From the NCBI RefSeq assembly GCF_009914755.1, contig NC_060931.1: DNA of 64,000 bases; one strand, 5' to 3'. Positions within the stretch are counted from its first letter, which is position 1. The number at the start of each line of letters is the position of its first letter. Below the pieces are notes generated by a model. That model had not been told where the DNA came from, ran no database searches, and saw only the letters and a list, made by a program, of their open reading frames with translations. Position numbers and translations under genes: made by a program. Below, one piece after another: positions 27,588 to 44,029 of this stretch. Source of the DNA: the human T2T-CHM13v2.0 reference genome, Homo sapiens.

Positions 27588-28408
27588 TGAGAGGTGAAGC
27601 CCGCTGGGCTTCTAGGTCGGGTGGGGACTTGGAGAACTTTTCTGTCTATCTAAAGGATTGTAAATGCACCAATCAGCACTCTGTGTCTAGCTAAATGTTT
27701 GTAAATGCACCAATCAGTGCTCTGTGTCTAGCTAATCAGGTGGGGACTTGGAGAACTTTTGTGTCAGCTAAAGGATTGTAAAAACTCACCAATCAGTGCT
27801 CTGTGTCTAGCTAACGCTTTGTAAACGCACCAATCAGCACTCTGTAAAAACAGATCAATCAGCACTTTGTAAAATGGACCAATCAGTGCTCTGTAAAATG
27901 GACCAATGAGCAGGACATGGGCGGGGTCAAATAAGGGAATAAAAGCTGGCCGCCCAAGCTAGCAGCAGCAACGTGCTTGGGTTCCTTTCCACATTGTGGG
28001 AGGTTTGTTCTTTCACTCTTCCCGATAAATCTTGCTGCTGCTCAGTCTTTGGATCCTCACTACCTTTATGAGCTGTAACACTCACCGTGAAGATTTGCAG
28101 CTTCACCCCTGAAGTCAGTGAGAGTACGAACCCACCAGGAGGAACAAACAACTCTGGACGCGCCACCTTTAAGAGCTGTAACATTCACTTCGAAGATCTG
28201 CAGCTTCACTCTTGAAGTCAGCAAGACCACTAACCCACCAGAAGGAAGAAACTCCGGATGCATCTGAACATCTGAAGGAACAAACTCCAGACACACCATC
28301 TTTAAGAACTGTAACACTCACCGCGAGGGTCCACGGTGAGGGTCCACGGCTTCATTCTTGAAGTCAGAGAGAACAAGAACCCACTGGAAGGAACCAATTC
28401 CAGACACA
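27588..28408 (+). mobile_element. Short LTR12-family (ERV9) solo LTR lacking the GC-rich U3 block
   Basis: TGAGAGGTGAAGCC...AATTCCAGACACA termini; six CCAAT motifs; AATAAA at 27938-27943; perfect 4-bp TSD ATTT (27584-27587, 28409-28412). Confidence 0.95.
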
Positions 28409-28505
28409 ATTTAATTTTTTTTTTTTTTCATATTTTGTTGAACATCCCTGATAGGCTGTTATTGACAGCTTAGTGTTTTGTTTCCATCCTCTTATTTCAG
28501 GACTT

Positions 28506-28713
28506 CAGGACTTGGCAAACTTTTTCTTAAGTATCCAGATATTAAATATTTTTGGGCCATGGACCATACAGTCTCTGTTGTAATCATTCAACTCTGCTAT
28601 TATAGTATAAAAGCAGCATAGTAATGCAGAAACAAATGGAGTGGCTGTATTTCAATAAAATTTTATTTATAAAAACATGTGGCTGGAATATGGGCTATAG
28701 TTTGCCAACCCCT
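28506..28713. mobile_element. MER58A-like hAT-Charlie MITE
   Basis: Terminal inverted repeats CAGGACTTGGCAAACT ... AGTTTGCCAACCCCT; internal CAACTCTGC and CAATAAAATTTTATTTA. Confidence 0.8.
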
Positions 28714-28753
28714 ATTTGTTTATACATTACATATATACCTATTTTATTTCTAT

Positions 28754-28828
28754 GGAGGGATGGATGGATGTATGGATGGATAGATGGATGGATGGATAGA
28801 GCTGATAGATGATAGAGAGAGAGAGATA
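28754..28828. repeat. (GGAT)n/(GATA)n/(GA)n compound microsatellite
   Basis: Directly visible. Confidence 0.9.
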
Positions 28829-29443
28829 AATATGTACATGTATGTCAGAGATGCTTTTCTCCAGAGAGGATATATGGGAACAACAACCTGGCAATATTTC
28901 AGCCACTCTCAAAGTTTCCAGTTCAAACAGTGAATACAAGGCTCAGCTTCCCTCATGGAATTCCCAAAGATTAAAATCAGCAATAGGCTCTCAATCAAAC
29001 ATCATCAAAAATAAAGAATTATGCCATCCTATATGATAATTCACAGAAACAACAGAAATAAATTTATATCTAAAGAATTACAAATACTGGACTTGTAAGA
29101 AAAGTCTCTCTCTCTGTCTCTCCTCATCAATAGGATATTTTCATATACATTTATCAGCTGATGGACATTTGTATTGTTTCCACTTTTTGACTACGATAAT
29201 TCTGTTATAAACGTTTGTGTACAAGGTTTGGTGTGAACGTATGTTTTTATTTCTCTTTAATGTATACCTGGAATTTTTCAATCACATGTTAACTGTATGC
29301 TTTTAAGTTATTGACGAACTGGCAAACTGTTTTTCAAAAAGGCTGCAATATTTTACATTCTCACCACGAATATATGAGGTTTCAGTTTCTCTACATAGTC
29401 ACCTATACTTATTGTTTTCTGGGTTTTTTTTAAATTATTATTA

Positions 29444-29771
29444 CAGTAGTCCTCTCTTATCTGCAGGGGATATATTCTAAAACCTCCAGTGGAAGCCTGA
29501 AAGCACAGAGAGTATGGACACTATAAATACTATTTTTCCCTGTTTGCATACATGCATAAATGTATATACATGCATACATACATCATCAAGAATAGTTTAT
29601 AAATTAGGCACAGTAAGAGATTAACAAACAGTAAAATAGAATAATTATAACAAAATACTGTAACAAAAGTTATGTGAATGTGGTCTCTCTTAAAATATCT
29701 TATTATATGTAATACTTTTGGACTGTGGTTGACTGCAGGAAAGTGAAACCACAGATAAGGAAAGGCTACTG
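29444..29771. mobile_element. MER44A-like TcMar-Tigger MITE
   Basis: TA-flanked TIRs CAGTAGTCCTCTCTTATCTG ... CAGATAAGGAAAGGCTACTG. Confidence 0.85.
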
Positions 29772-30546
29772 TACAGCTATCTTAGAAGGTGTGAAGCAGT
29801 AGCATCTCATTGTGGTTTGGGTTTGCATTTACTTAATGGCTAATGACATTGCCCATCTTTTTATGTTTTTAGTGGCCATTTATGTATCTTCTTTGGAGAA
29901 ATTTTTATGCATATTCTTTGCACATTTAAAAATTAAGTTCTATTTTTATCATTGGATTATAAAAGTTGTATACATAGATTTTAGATTCAAGTCCCTTATC
30001 AAATGTATGATTTGCATATATTTTTCTATTCCGTATGTTGTCTTTTCACTTTTTTGATGGTGTCCATTGAAGCACACATACTTTTAATTATGAAGTCTAA
30101 TTTATAACTTACGGATTTTTGTCAGTTGTCACTTGTGCTTTGTGGGTCTTAACTAAGAAGTCTATGACTGATTCCATGCTGCAAGAATTTATTCTGATAT
30201 TTTCATCTAAGAGTTTTATTTTAAGTTCTTTCGTTTAGGTCTATGATCCATTTTGAGTTAATTTTTGTATATGGTATGAGGATAGGGTCTAACTTTTTTC
30301 TGTTGCATGTGACTTTTTTCAGTTGAACAAGAACGTTTTATGAAAAGGCTGTTCTTCCTTGACTGAATTATCATGATACCTTCCTTAAAAATCAATTTAC
30401 TTTAAGTGCAAGAGTTTATTTCTGGACTGTCAATCTATTTCATTATCTGTATGTCTGTTCTTATGACAGTACCACACTGGCTTGATTACTGTAGCTTTGT
30501 AGTAAGTTTTGTTTTCAGATTTCTGAAGCCAAATGCATTTCCATAT

Positions 30547-31541
30547 TTAAGGGGGCCAGCACCTCCACACCGGTGGGTATTTCTCGTCAGGCAGGACGAG
30601 AAACTGAGAAAAGAAATAAGACACAGAGACAAAGTATTGAGAAAGAAAAATGGGCCCAGGGGACCGGCGCTCAGCATGCGAAGGACCCACACTGGCACCA
30701 GCCTCTGAGTTCTCTCAGTATTTGTTGATTACTATTTTCACTATCTCAGCAAGGGGAATGCGGCGGGAGAACAGGGTGACAGTGGGGAGAAGGTCAGCAA
30801 GAAAACATATGAGCAAAGGAATGTGTGTCTCAAGTTCAAGGGAAGGTACTATGCCTGGATGTGCACGTAGGCCAGATTCACGCTTTTCTCCACCCAAACA
30901 TCTCAGTGGAGTAAAGAGTAACAGAGCAGCATTGCCACCAGCATGTCTTGCCTCCTGCCACAGGGCGGTTTTTCTCCTATCTCAGAATAGAACAAATGTA
31001 CAATCGGGTTTTATACCGAGACATTTCATTCCCAGGGGCAGGCAGGAGACAGAAGCCTTCCTCTTATCTCAACTGCAAGAGGCCTTCCTCTTTTACTAAT
31101 CCTCCTCAGCACAGATCCTTCAGGGGTGTTGGGCTGGGGGATGGTCAGGTCTTTCTCATCCCAAGAGGCCACATCTTAGGCTATCTTAGTGGGGAGAAAC
31201 CATGGACAATACCCAGCTTTCCTAGGCAGAGGTCCCTGCGGCTTTCTTCAGTGCATTGTGCCCGTGGTTACTCGAGAATGGAGAATGGCAATGACTTTTA
31301 CCCAGCATACTGCCTGTAAACATATTGTTAGCAAGGCACAACCTGCACAGCCCTAGATCCCTTAAACCTTGATTCCATACAGCACATGTTTCTGTGAGCT
31401 CAAGGTTGGGGCTAAAGTTACAGATTAACAGCATCTCAAGGCAAAACAATTGTTCAAGGTACAGATCAAAATGGAGTTTCTTATATCTTCCTTTTCTACA
31501 TAGACACAGTAACAGTCTGATCTCTTTTTCTTTTCCCTACA
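30547..31541 (-). mobile_element. HERV-K(HML-2) solo LTR, LTR5A/B type (~995 bp)
   Basis: Minus strand begins TGTAGGGAAAAGAAAAAGAGATCAGACTGTTACTGTGTCTATGTAGAAA; 5-bp TSD CATAT (30542-30546, 31542-31546). Confidence 0.93.
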
Positions 31542-31762
31542 CATATCAATTTTAATACTAACTTGTCAAGTTCTGCAAAAAGGCAAGCTGGAATTTTGAT
31601 AGGGATTACAATTTGGAGGAATACTACTATCTTAATGACAATCAGTCTTTCAATGCATGAACATGGAATGTCTTTTTCTTAAGGTCATTAATTATTTAAT
31701 GTCTTGTAGTTTTAAGAGTATTTTTTTCTTTTTCTTAAATTATCATATATTTATTTCATTAA

Positions 31763-34700
31763 ATTTTTTTTATTTCAACAGGTTTTGGGGGAACAGGTGG
31801 AGTTTGGTTACACAAATAAATTTTTTAGTGGTGATTTCTGTGATTTTGGTGTGCCCGTCACCTAAGCAGTATACACTGTACCCAGTGTGTAGTTTTTTTA
31901 ATCCCTTGCCATCTGCCACGCTTTTTCCCAGTTCCCAAAGTCCAATGTATCATTCTTACGCTTTTGTGTCCTCACAGTTGAGCTCCCACATATGAGTGAG
32001 GACATAAAACGTTTGATTTTCCATTCCTCAGTTAGAATAATAGTCTCCAATTCCATCCAGGTTGCTGCGAATGCCATTATATCATTCCTGTTTATAGCTG
32101 AGTAGTATTCCATGGTGTGTATATAGATATATAACATTTTCTTTATCCAATCATTGATTGATCGGCATTTGGGCTGGTTCCATATTCTTGCAATTACAAA
32201 TTGTGCTACTATAAACATACATGTGCAAGTATCTATTTTGTAAAATAACTTCTTTTCCCCTGGGTAGATACCCAGTAGAGGGATTGCTGGATCAAACAGT
32301 AGATCTACTTTTAGTTTTCCACACCGTTTTTCATAGTGGTTGTACGAGTTTACATTTCCACCAACAGTGTAAAAGTGTTCCCTTTTCACCGCATCCCCAC
32401 AAGCATCTATTATTTTTTTATTTTTTGATCATGTCCAGTCTTGCAAGAGTGAGGTAGTATCACATTGTGATTTTGATTTGCATTTCCCTAGTCATTAGTG
32501 ATGGTAAGCATTTTTCCATACACTTGTTGACCCTTTGTATATCTTCTTTTGAGAATTGTTTATTCCTTTCCTTAGCCCACTTTTTTGATGGGGTTGTTTT
32601 TTTCTTGCTGATTTCAGTTCTTTGCAGATTATGGATATTAGTCCTTTGTTGGATGTATAGATTGTGAAGATTTTATCCCACTCTGTGGGTTGTCTGTTAA
32701 CTCTACTTATTATTTCTTTGGCTGTGCAGAAGCTTTTAGGTTTAATTAAGTCCCATCTATTTATCTTTGTTTTTGTTGCATTTGTTTTTGTGTTCTTGGT
32801 CATGGAGTCTTTGTCAAAGCCAACGTCTGGAAGGGTTTTTTCAATGTTATTTTCTAGACTCTTTATGGTTTCAGGTCTTAGATTTAAGTCTTTTATTTAT
32901 CTTGAGTTGATTTTTGTATAGGGTGAGAGATGAGGATCAAGTTTTGTTGTTCTATATGAAGCTTGGCAATTATCCCAGAAACATTTGCTGAATAGGGTAT
33001 AGTTTCCCCACTTTACATTTTTGTTTGCTTTGTCAAAAATTAGTTGGCTGTAAGCATTTGGCTTTATTTCTGGGTTCTCTCTTCTGTTCCATTGGTGTAT
33101 GTGCCTGGTTTTACACCAGTACCATACTGGTTTGGTGACTATGGCCTTATAGTATAGTTTGAAGTTGGGAAATGCCATGCCTCCAGATGTGTTTTTATTT
33201 GCTTAGTCTTGCTTTGGCTATATGGGCTCTTTTTTGGTTCCATATGAATTTTAGGATTCTTTTTACTAGTTCTGTGAAGAATAATCATGGTATTTTGATG
33301 GGAATTGCATTGAATTTGTAGATTGTTTTTTGGCAGAATGGTCATTTTCACAATATTGATTCTACCCATCAATGAGCATGGGATGTGTTTCCATTTGTTT
33401 GCATTGTCTATGACTTCCTTCAGCAGTGTCTTGTAGGTTTCCTTGTAGCGTTCTTTCACATCCTTGGTTACATATATGCCTAAGTATTTTATTTTTTCTG
33501 CAACTATTGTGAAAGGGGTTGAGTTCTTGATTTGATTCTCAGCTTGGGCGCTGTTGGTGTATAGCACAGCTACTGATTTGTGTACATTAATTTTGTATTC
33601 TGAGACTTTCCTGAATTATTTTACAGGTTCTAGGATGTTTTTAGATGAGTCTTTAGGGTTTTCTAGTTATACAAACATATCATCAGCAAACAGCAACAGG
33701 TTGACTTCCTCTTTACTGATTTTGACGTCCTTTGTTTCTTTCTCTTGTCTAATTGCTCTGGCTAGAACTTCCAGGATTATGTTGAATAGAAGTGGTGAAA
33801 GTGGGCATCCTTGTCTTGTTCCAGTACTCAGGAGGAATGTTTTCAGCTTTTCCCCATTCAATATAAAGTTGGCTGTGTGTTTGTCATCAATGGCCTTTAT
33901 TACCTTAAGGTATGTTCCTTCTATGCCGATTTTGCTAAGCGTTTTAATGATAAAGCGATGCTGAATTTTGACAGATGCCTTTTCTGCATCCATTGAAATT
34001 ATCATGTGATTTTTGTTTTTAATTCTGTTTATGTGGTGTATCACCTTTATTGACTTATATATGTTAAACCATCCCTGCATGCTTGGTATAAAACCCATTG
34101 ATCATGGTGGATTATCTTTTGGATATGCGGTGGATTCAGTTAATGAGATTAACCAAGAAAAGAAGAGAGAATATCCAAATAAGCTCACTTAGAAATGAAA
34201 TGGAAGATATTACAACCGATACCACAGAAATACAGAAAATTTTCTGTATTTTGTTGAGAATTTTTGCATCTATGTGTATCAGGGTTATTGGGTCTGTAGT
34301 TTTCTTTTTTTGTTATGTTCTTTCCTGGCTTTAGTATTAGGGTAATACTAGCTTCATAGAATGATTTTTAGGGAGAATTCCCTCTTTCTCTATCTTTTGG
34401 AATAGTATCAATAGGATTGGTACCAATTCTTCTTTGAATGTCTGATAGAATTCAGCTGTGAATCTTTCTGGTCCTGGGCTACTTTTTGTTGTTGTTGGTA
34501 ATTTTTTTATTATCATTTTAATCTTGCTGCTTTTTAATGGTCTGTTCAGAGATTCAACATCTTCCTGGCTTAACCTAGGAGGGTTGTATATTTCCGAGAA
34601 TTTATCCATCTCATCTAGGTTTCTCAGTTTATGTGCATAAAGGTGGTCATAGTAGCCTTGGAAAATCTTCTGTATTTCTGTGGTATTGGTTGTAATATCT

Positions 34701-36997
34701 TCCATTTCATTTCTAAGTGAGTTTATTTGGATATTCTCTCTTCTTTTCTTGGTTAATTTCGTTAATGGTCTATCAATTTTATGTATCTTTTCAAAGAATC
34801 AGTTTTTTGTTTCATTTATCTTTCATATTTTTTGTTACAATTTCATTTAGTTCTGCTCTGATCTTTTTATTTCTTTTCTTCTGCTGGGTTGGGTTTAGAT
34901 TGTTCTTGTTTCTCCAGTTCCATAAGGTGTGACCTTAGATTGTCTATTTTTGTTCTTTTAGACTTTTTGATGTAGGCATTTAAAGCTGTAAACTTTCCTC
35001 TTAGCACCATTTTTACTGTATCCTAAAGGTTTTGATAGGTTGCTTCACTATTATCATTAAGTGCAAACAATTTTTCAATTTCATCTTGATTTCATTGTTG
35101 ACCCATTGATTATTCGGGAGCAGGTTATTTAATTTCCATGTATTTACATGGTTTTGTGGGTTCCTTTTTGAGTTAATTTCCAATTTTGTTCCACTGTGGT
35201 CTGAGAGAGTAGTTGATATAATTTCAATTTTCTTAAATTTACTGAGACTTATCATATGGCCTAGCTTGGAAAATGGTCCATGTGCTCATGAATAGAATGT
35301 ATATTCTGCAGTTGTTGAGCAGAATGTTCTGTAAATATTTGCTAAATCCATTTGTTGTAGTGTATAGTGTAAGTCAATTATTTATTGGTTGACTTTCTGT
35401 CTTGATGACCTGTCTAGTGCTGTCGGTGGCGTACTGAAGTCCCCCACTATTATTGTGTTGTCATCTATATCATTTCTTAGGTCTAGTAGTAATTGTTTTA
35501 TTAATTTGGGAACGCCAATGTTAGGAGCATATATATTTAGAATTGTGATATATTCCTGTTGGACTAGTCCTTCTATAATTATATAATGTTCCTTTTTGTC
35601 CTTTTTAACTGCTGTTGCTTTAAAATTTGTTTTGTCTGATATGACAACAGCTACTCTTGCTTGTTTTTGGTGTCCATTTGCATGAAATATCTTTTTCCAC
35701 CCCTTCACCTTAAGTTTATGTGAGTCGTTATTGTTAGGTGAGTCTCCTGAAGACAACAGAAACTTGGTTGGTGTATTCTGATCCATTCTGTCATTCTGTA
35801 TCTTTTAAGTGGCACTTTTAGACCATTTACATTCTATGTTAGTATTGAGATGTGAGGTACTATTTTACTCATCATGCTGTTTGTTGCCTGAATACCTATT
35901 TTTTATTGTGTTGTTGTTATGTAAGTCCTGTGAGATTTATGCTTTAAGGAGGTTCTATTTTGTGTATTTTGATAATTTGTTTCAAGATTTAGAGCTACTT
36001 TTAGAAGTTTTTGTACTGCTGGCTTGGTAGTGGCAAATTCTCTCAGCATTTGTTTGTCTGGAAAAAGACTATATCTTTCCTTCATTTATAAAACTTAGTT
36101 TCACTGGTTACAGAATTCTTGGCTGATAATTGCTTTGTTTAAGGAGGCTAAAAGTAGAACCCCAATCCCTTCTAGCTTGAAGGGTTTCTGCTGACAAATC
36201 TGCTATAAATCTGATAGGCTTTTCTTTATAGGTTACCTGATGCTTTTGCCTCAGAGCTCTTAAGATTCTTTCCTTTGTCTTAACTTTGATAACCTGATGA
36301 CTATGTGCCTAGGCGATGACCTTTTTGTGATGAATTTCCCAGGTGTTGTTTGAGCTTCTTGTATTTGGATGTCTAGATTTCTGGCAAGGTTGGGGAAGTT
36401 TTCCTTGATTATTCCCTCAAATACGTTTTCCAAACTTAGATTTTTCTTCTTCCATGGGAACACCAATTATTCTTAGGTTTGGATGTTTAACATAGTCCTA
36501 AATTTCTTGGAGGCTTTATTCATTTTTAAAAATTCTTTTTTATTTATCTTTAATGGATTGAGTTAATTCAAAAGCCTTGTTTTTAAGCTCTGATTTTTGT
36601 TCTTCTGCTTGTTCAATTCTATTGCTGAAACTTTCCAGGGCATTTTGCATTTCTCTAAGTGTGTCCTTGATTTCCAGGAGTTGTGATCATTTTGTGTTTA
36701 TGCTACCTATTTCACTGAAGAATTTTCTTTCCATATCCTGTATTATGTTTTTGACTTTACGTTTCTCTGGTGCCTCCTTAATTAGCTTAATAATCAACAT
36801 TCTGAATTCTGTTTTCTGGCAATTCAGAGATTTCGTCTTGGTTTAGATCCATTGCTGTTGAGCTGGTATGATCTTTTGGGGGTGTTAAAGAGCCTTGTTT
36901 TGTCATATTACCAGAATTGTTTTTCTGGTTCCTTCTCATTTGAGTAGACTATGTCAGAGGGAAGATCTGGAATTCAAGGGCTGTTGATCAGATTCTT
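31763..36997 (-). mobile_element. L1PB1-like LINE-1: 3' UTR, ORF2, ORF1 (decayed)
   Basis: 3' end GGGGAACAGGTGG...TTTAGTGGTGATTTCTG; minus-strand ORF remnants with RT motifs (33667-34098), endonuclease (35382-35786), ORF1 (36260-36466). Confidence 0.93.
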
Positions 36998-39384
<2,387 letters not shown>

Positions 39385-41651
39385 ATGGGGAGAATGGAAC
39401 CAAGTTGGAAAACACACTTCAGGATATGATGCGGGAGTACTTCCCCAACCTAGCAAGACAGGCCAACATTCAAATTCAGGAACTACAAAGAACACCACTA
39501 AGATATTCCACAAGAGGATTAACCCCAAGACACGTAATCATCAGATTCTCAAAGGTCGAAATGAAAGAAAAAATGTTAAGGGCAGCCAGAAAGAAAGGCC
39601 AGGTCACCTACACAGGGAAGCCTATCAGACTAGTAGTGGACCTCTCAGCAGAAACCCTACAACCAGGAAAGAGTGGAGGTCAATATTCAACATTCTCAAA
39701 AAAAGAATTTTCAACACAGAATTTCATATCCAGCCAAACTAAGCTTCATAAATGAAGGAGAAATAAAATCCTTTCCAGACAAGCAAATAGTGAGGGATTT
39801 CATTACTACCAGGCCTGCCTTGAAAGAGCTGTTGAAGGAAGCACTAAATATGAGAAGGAAAAACCAGTACCAGGCCCTGCAAAAACACACCAAAATATAA
39901 AGAACAATGACACTATGAAGAAACTGCATCAACTAGTGTGCAAAATAACCAGATTGCATTATGATGACAGGATCAGATTCACACATAACAATATGAACCT
40001 TAATTTTAAATGGGCTATAAGCCCCCATTAAAAGACACAGACTGGCAAATGTGATAAAGGGTCGAGACCCATTGGTGTGCTGTATTAGGAGACCCATCTC
40101 ATGTGCAAAGACACATATAAGCTCAAAATAAAAGGATGGAGGAAAATTTACCAAGCAACTGGAAAGCAAAAGAAAAAAAATGCAGAGGTTGCAATCCTAG
40201 CCTCTGAAAAAACAGACTTTAAACCAGCAAAGATGAAAAAAGACAAAGAAAGGCATTACATAAGGGTAAAGAGATCAGTTCAACCAGAAGAGCTAACTAT
40301 TCTAAATATATATATACCAAATACAGGAGCAGGCAGATTTATAAAACAACTTCTTGGAGACCTACAAAGAGACTTAGACTGCCACCCAATAATAGTGGGA
40401 GACTTTAATACCACACTGTCAATATTAGACAGATCAATGAGAGAGAAAATTAACAAGGCTATTCAGGACTTAAGCTCATCTCTGGATCAAGTGGACTTAA
40501 CAGATATGGACAGAACTCTCCACCCCAAACCGACAGAATATACATTCTTCTCAGTTCCACATGGCACTTATTCTAAAATCTACCACATAATTGGAAGTCA
40601 AACACTCCTCAGCAAATGCAAAAGAACTGAAATCATAACAGTCTCTCAGACCACAGTGCAATCAAATTATAACTCGGGCTTAAGAAACTCACTCAAAACC
40701 ACACAACTACATGGAAATTGAACAACCTGTTCCTGAGTGACTCCTGGGTAAATAATGAAATTAAGGCAGAAATAAAGTTTTGAAATCAATGAGAACAAAG
40801 ACACAACATACCAGAATCTCTGGGACACAGTTAAAACAGTGTTTAGAGGGAAATTTATAGCACTAAATGCCCACATCGGAAAGCTAGAAAGATATAAAAT
40901 CAATGCCCTAACATCACAATTAAAAGAGCTAGAGAAGCAAGAGCAGACAAATCCAAAAGCTAGCAAAAGACAAGAAATAACTAAGATCAGAGCAAAACTG
41001 AAGGAGATAGAGACACGAAAAACCCTTCAAGAAAATCAATGAATCCAGGATCTGTTTTTTTTTTTTTTTTAAAAATCAACAGAATAGATAGACCGCTAGC
41101 TAGAATAATAAAGAAGAAAAGAGAGAAACATCAAATAGACACAATAAAAAGGGATAAAGCGGTTATCACCACTGACTCCACAGAAATACAAACTACCATG
41201 ACAGAATACTATAAACACCTCTATACAAATAAACTAGAAAATCTAGAAGAAATGTATTAATTCCTGGACACATACACCATCCCAAGGCTAAACCAGGAAG
41301 AAGTCAAATCCCTGAATGGACCAACAACAAGTTCTGAAATTGAGGCAGCAATTAATAGACTATCTATGAAAAAAATCCCAGAACCAGACGGATTCACAGT
41401 TGAATTCTACCAGAGACACAAAAAGGAGCTGGTACCATTCCTTTTGAAACTATTGCAAACAATTGAAAAGAACTGTCTCCTCCCTAACTCATCTTACGAG
41501 ACCAGCATCATCCGGAAACCAAAACCTAGCAGAGACACAACAAAAAAAGAAAACTTCAGGCCAATATCCCTGATGAACATCGATGCAAAAAACCTCAGTA
41601 AAATACTGGCAAACTGAATCCAGCAGCATTTCAAAAAGCTTATCCACCACA
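39385..41651 (+). mobile_element. L1PA8-like LINE-1, inverted 5' segment (ORF1 C-terminal half, endonuclease, start of RT)
   Basis: ORF1 ([14 protein letters not shown]), endonuclease ORF 40101-40721 (IIVGDFNT), [13 protein letters not shown]; ends ~28 bp from where the minus segment stops. Confidence 0.93.
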
Positions 41652-42148
41652 ATCAGATTATTTTGTCATGGGGTGCTCACTTGGTGTGGTGTTCTTCCCC
41701 TTCCCCTAGGAATGGGGCTTCCTGAGAGCCAAACTCTAATAATTGTTTTTGCTCTTCTGGATCTAGCTACTGGGCTCCAGGCTGGTGCTGGGGAGTATCT
41801 GCACAGAGTCCTGTGATGTTATCTGTCTTCAGTTCTTGCAGCCATGGATACCAGCATTTGCTCCGGTGGAGGTAGTAGGGGAGTGAATTGGACTCTGTGA
41901 GGGTCCTTGGTTGTGTTTTTGTTTAGTGCACTGGTTTTGTGTTTGTTGGCCTCCAGCCAGGAAGTGGAGGTTTCAAGAGTGCATCAGCTGCAGACTTATA
42001 AGGAGGTTGCAAACTTGCCCTAGGGACAAGTGTATTCAGTTTTCTCAGGTGGTGGGCAGGGCCATAGAGCTCCCAAAAGATTATGACCTTTTCCTTTGGC
42101 TACCAGGGTGGGTAGAGAAAGACCACCAGGTCGGGTCAGGGATAGCCA
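41652..42148 (-). mobile_element. L1PB1-like 5' UTR/ORF1 start (continuation of 31763-36997)
   Basis: Sequence resumes collinearly after the duplicated ATCAGATT(C/A)TT. Confidence 0.8.
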
Positions 42149-44029
42149 TTTAGTATATTCAGAAGCATTTTATTCTTGTTGATGCTCTTTTAAATGGAAT
42201 TGTTTTCTAAATTTCACTTTGGATCACTTGTATATAAAAATATAATTAATTTTTGTATATTGATCTTGTACCCCACAACTTTGCTAAATCTACATTAGTT
42301 CTAATAGTATTTTAGTGGATCCTTAGAATTTTTCATAAGGTCATGTCATTTGCAAATAAAGATAATTTTTTTCTTTCCAATCTTGATGTCTTCAAGAGAA
42401 TTTTCATGGTTGAGAAGAACCAGGTACCGTCAGCTAGCTGAAATCGCACAGCAAAAGACATAAATTGGTGGTTGAAGTTCTGATTAAATGAATATCAGAT
42501 AGGTGCACTGCAAATTCTGTTTGAAGCCAAGTTGCTGACTTTTTACCTAGGGTTCCTTAAACTCCCTCTGTTTAGAAATGTCATTAATCTAAGAGTTTGA
42601 AAAGAGACTGAATGAACCTTCAGTGGAAGCAGATCAAATTAGAAGGTTATAGGTTCACAGGGGCATTGAACTTATAAGACCATAATATGTATTTTACTGG
42701 CATAGCCAGAAGGTTAAAACAGATGGTATCGTAGTATCATGCCATATTGACAATATGTACATATATGTGAGTATATAAGGATAATTAATTTTACAAAAAT
42801 TCATCAAAATTAGGATGGCAAGGAAGCAACCATGACCAAAAAAAATATCATAAAAGATTTCCTTTTTTTCTGCCAGATATTGTTTCTCAAAACCAGTTTC
42901 AGCAAACGTATATATCTCGTAGTTTAAGTATAATGTAAATAACTACCATACATATAAAACCCATATTGCAGTAGAGGTTCTAAGACATTACCAAAGAAAT
43001 TGTAAAACTAACTTTTATGGTTGTCCTTTTTAGACAGAACTTTCAAGCATATCCTGTAAGTATAACAAGTTACTTTTTTTGCCAATAATTTCCAGTAATT
43101 TCTCTTCACTTTTACCTTTGGAGGCAGTATAAGGAAATATTTGAAGTTATAGTACCACAAGGTGCCCTACAAATTATTTTTTTCTCTGGGTACTTCTTGG
43201 CAGCTATCTGCATGACATATGATACACTCTAATCCTAGGGTTTAATAAGTCCATTTCATGGTTATAACATAAAGCTTTCATGAAACTCTGTAAGGAGAAA
43301 TGGATAAAACTCACCCAGAAGATAAATGTATAAGTTTTGGTGGGGAATCTACATTTTCCTGTTGCTGATAGTTTTAATTTACCAGACTGACTTGCTTTTA
43401 AATTACAAAATTTTTAAAGTTTCATCCAAATCATCGAAATAGAACTGAATTCTAAACTTAAAAAAAGTTCAACTTTACATAATATTAGTCTTCCCCCAAC
43501 CCCAGTCTAAAGACTAGACTGCATTTAATATTAATAAAGAAAAAATGCCTTCTATTTGCACATCAAATGTTTAAAGCACTCTTCACACATTATCTTGATC
43601 TACTCAAAAATCTTGCACCTTAAATTAGTGGCTACTTACAATTTTTAATAGATCCTAAATTCCTCAAAGCCTAATATTGTGTTTTTAATTTTCTTTTCTT
43701 TTCTTTTAAAATTGTGTCTTTAAAAAATTATACTTCAATGTTTCACAAAATGTGTGGCAAAACATTATTGCAGCATCCCTTACTGTACGTTCATATCTAT
43801 CTATTTGACTAAGCATAGAGGTACCGATCTGTTAGATGATTATGAAGTCTCTTCTTACTTGCTTATAAGACTCATCTCAGATTTATCCATTCTACATTAA
43901 GAAGGTTTTAATTAAGCTACTATGAAATTAAAGTTTAATTAGCTAGTGCTTCCGGTAAAAAATATAGCTGCTGAGAAAAAATTGTATAGCTGCTGATAGC
44001 TTGTAGCCAGCTTGGCAGCTCATGACCAT

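Larger units (their letters stand above)
29140..31745 (-). mobile_element. Old L1M(B)-type ORF2/3' region; host of MER44, LTR5 and L1PB1; resumes at ~42150-42390
   Basis: Antisense L1 motifs (CTCATTGTGGTTTGGGTTTGCATTT, CTATGATCCATTTTGAGTTAATTTTTGTATATGG) collinear across the inserts. Confidence 0.8.

Noticed and set aside
18843-28408. Two same-strand LTR12s ~7.3 kb apart as a full ERV9 provirus
   Set aside because: They differ in structure, each has its own TSD, and the interval is L1, Alu and MIR rather than ERV9 internal sequence
30650-31449. 149, 123 and 75 aa ORFs
   Set aside because: Chance frames inside a solo LTR5; no gag/pol/env sequence adjoins it and the TSD shows it is a solo LTR
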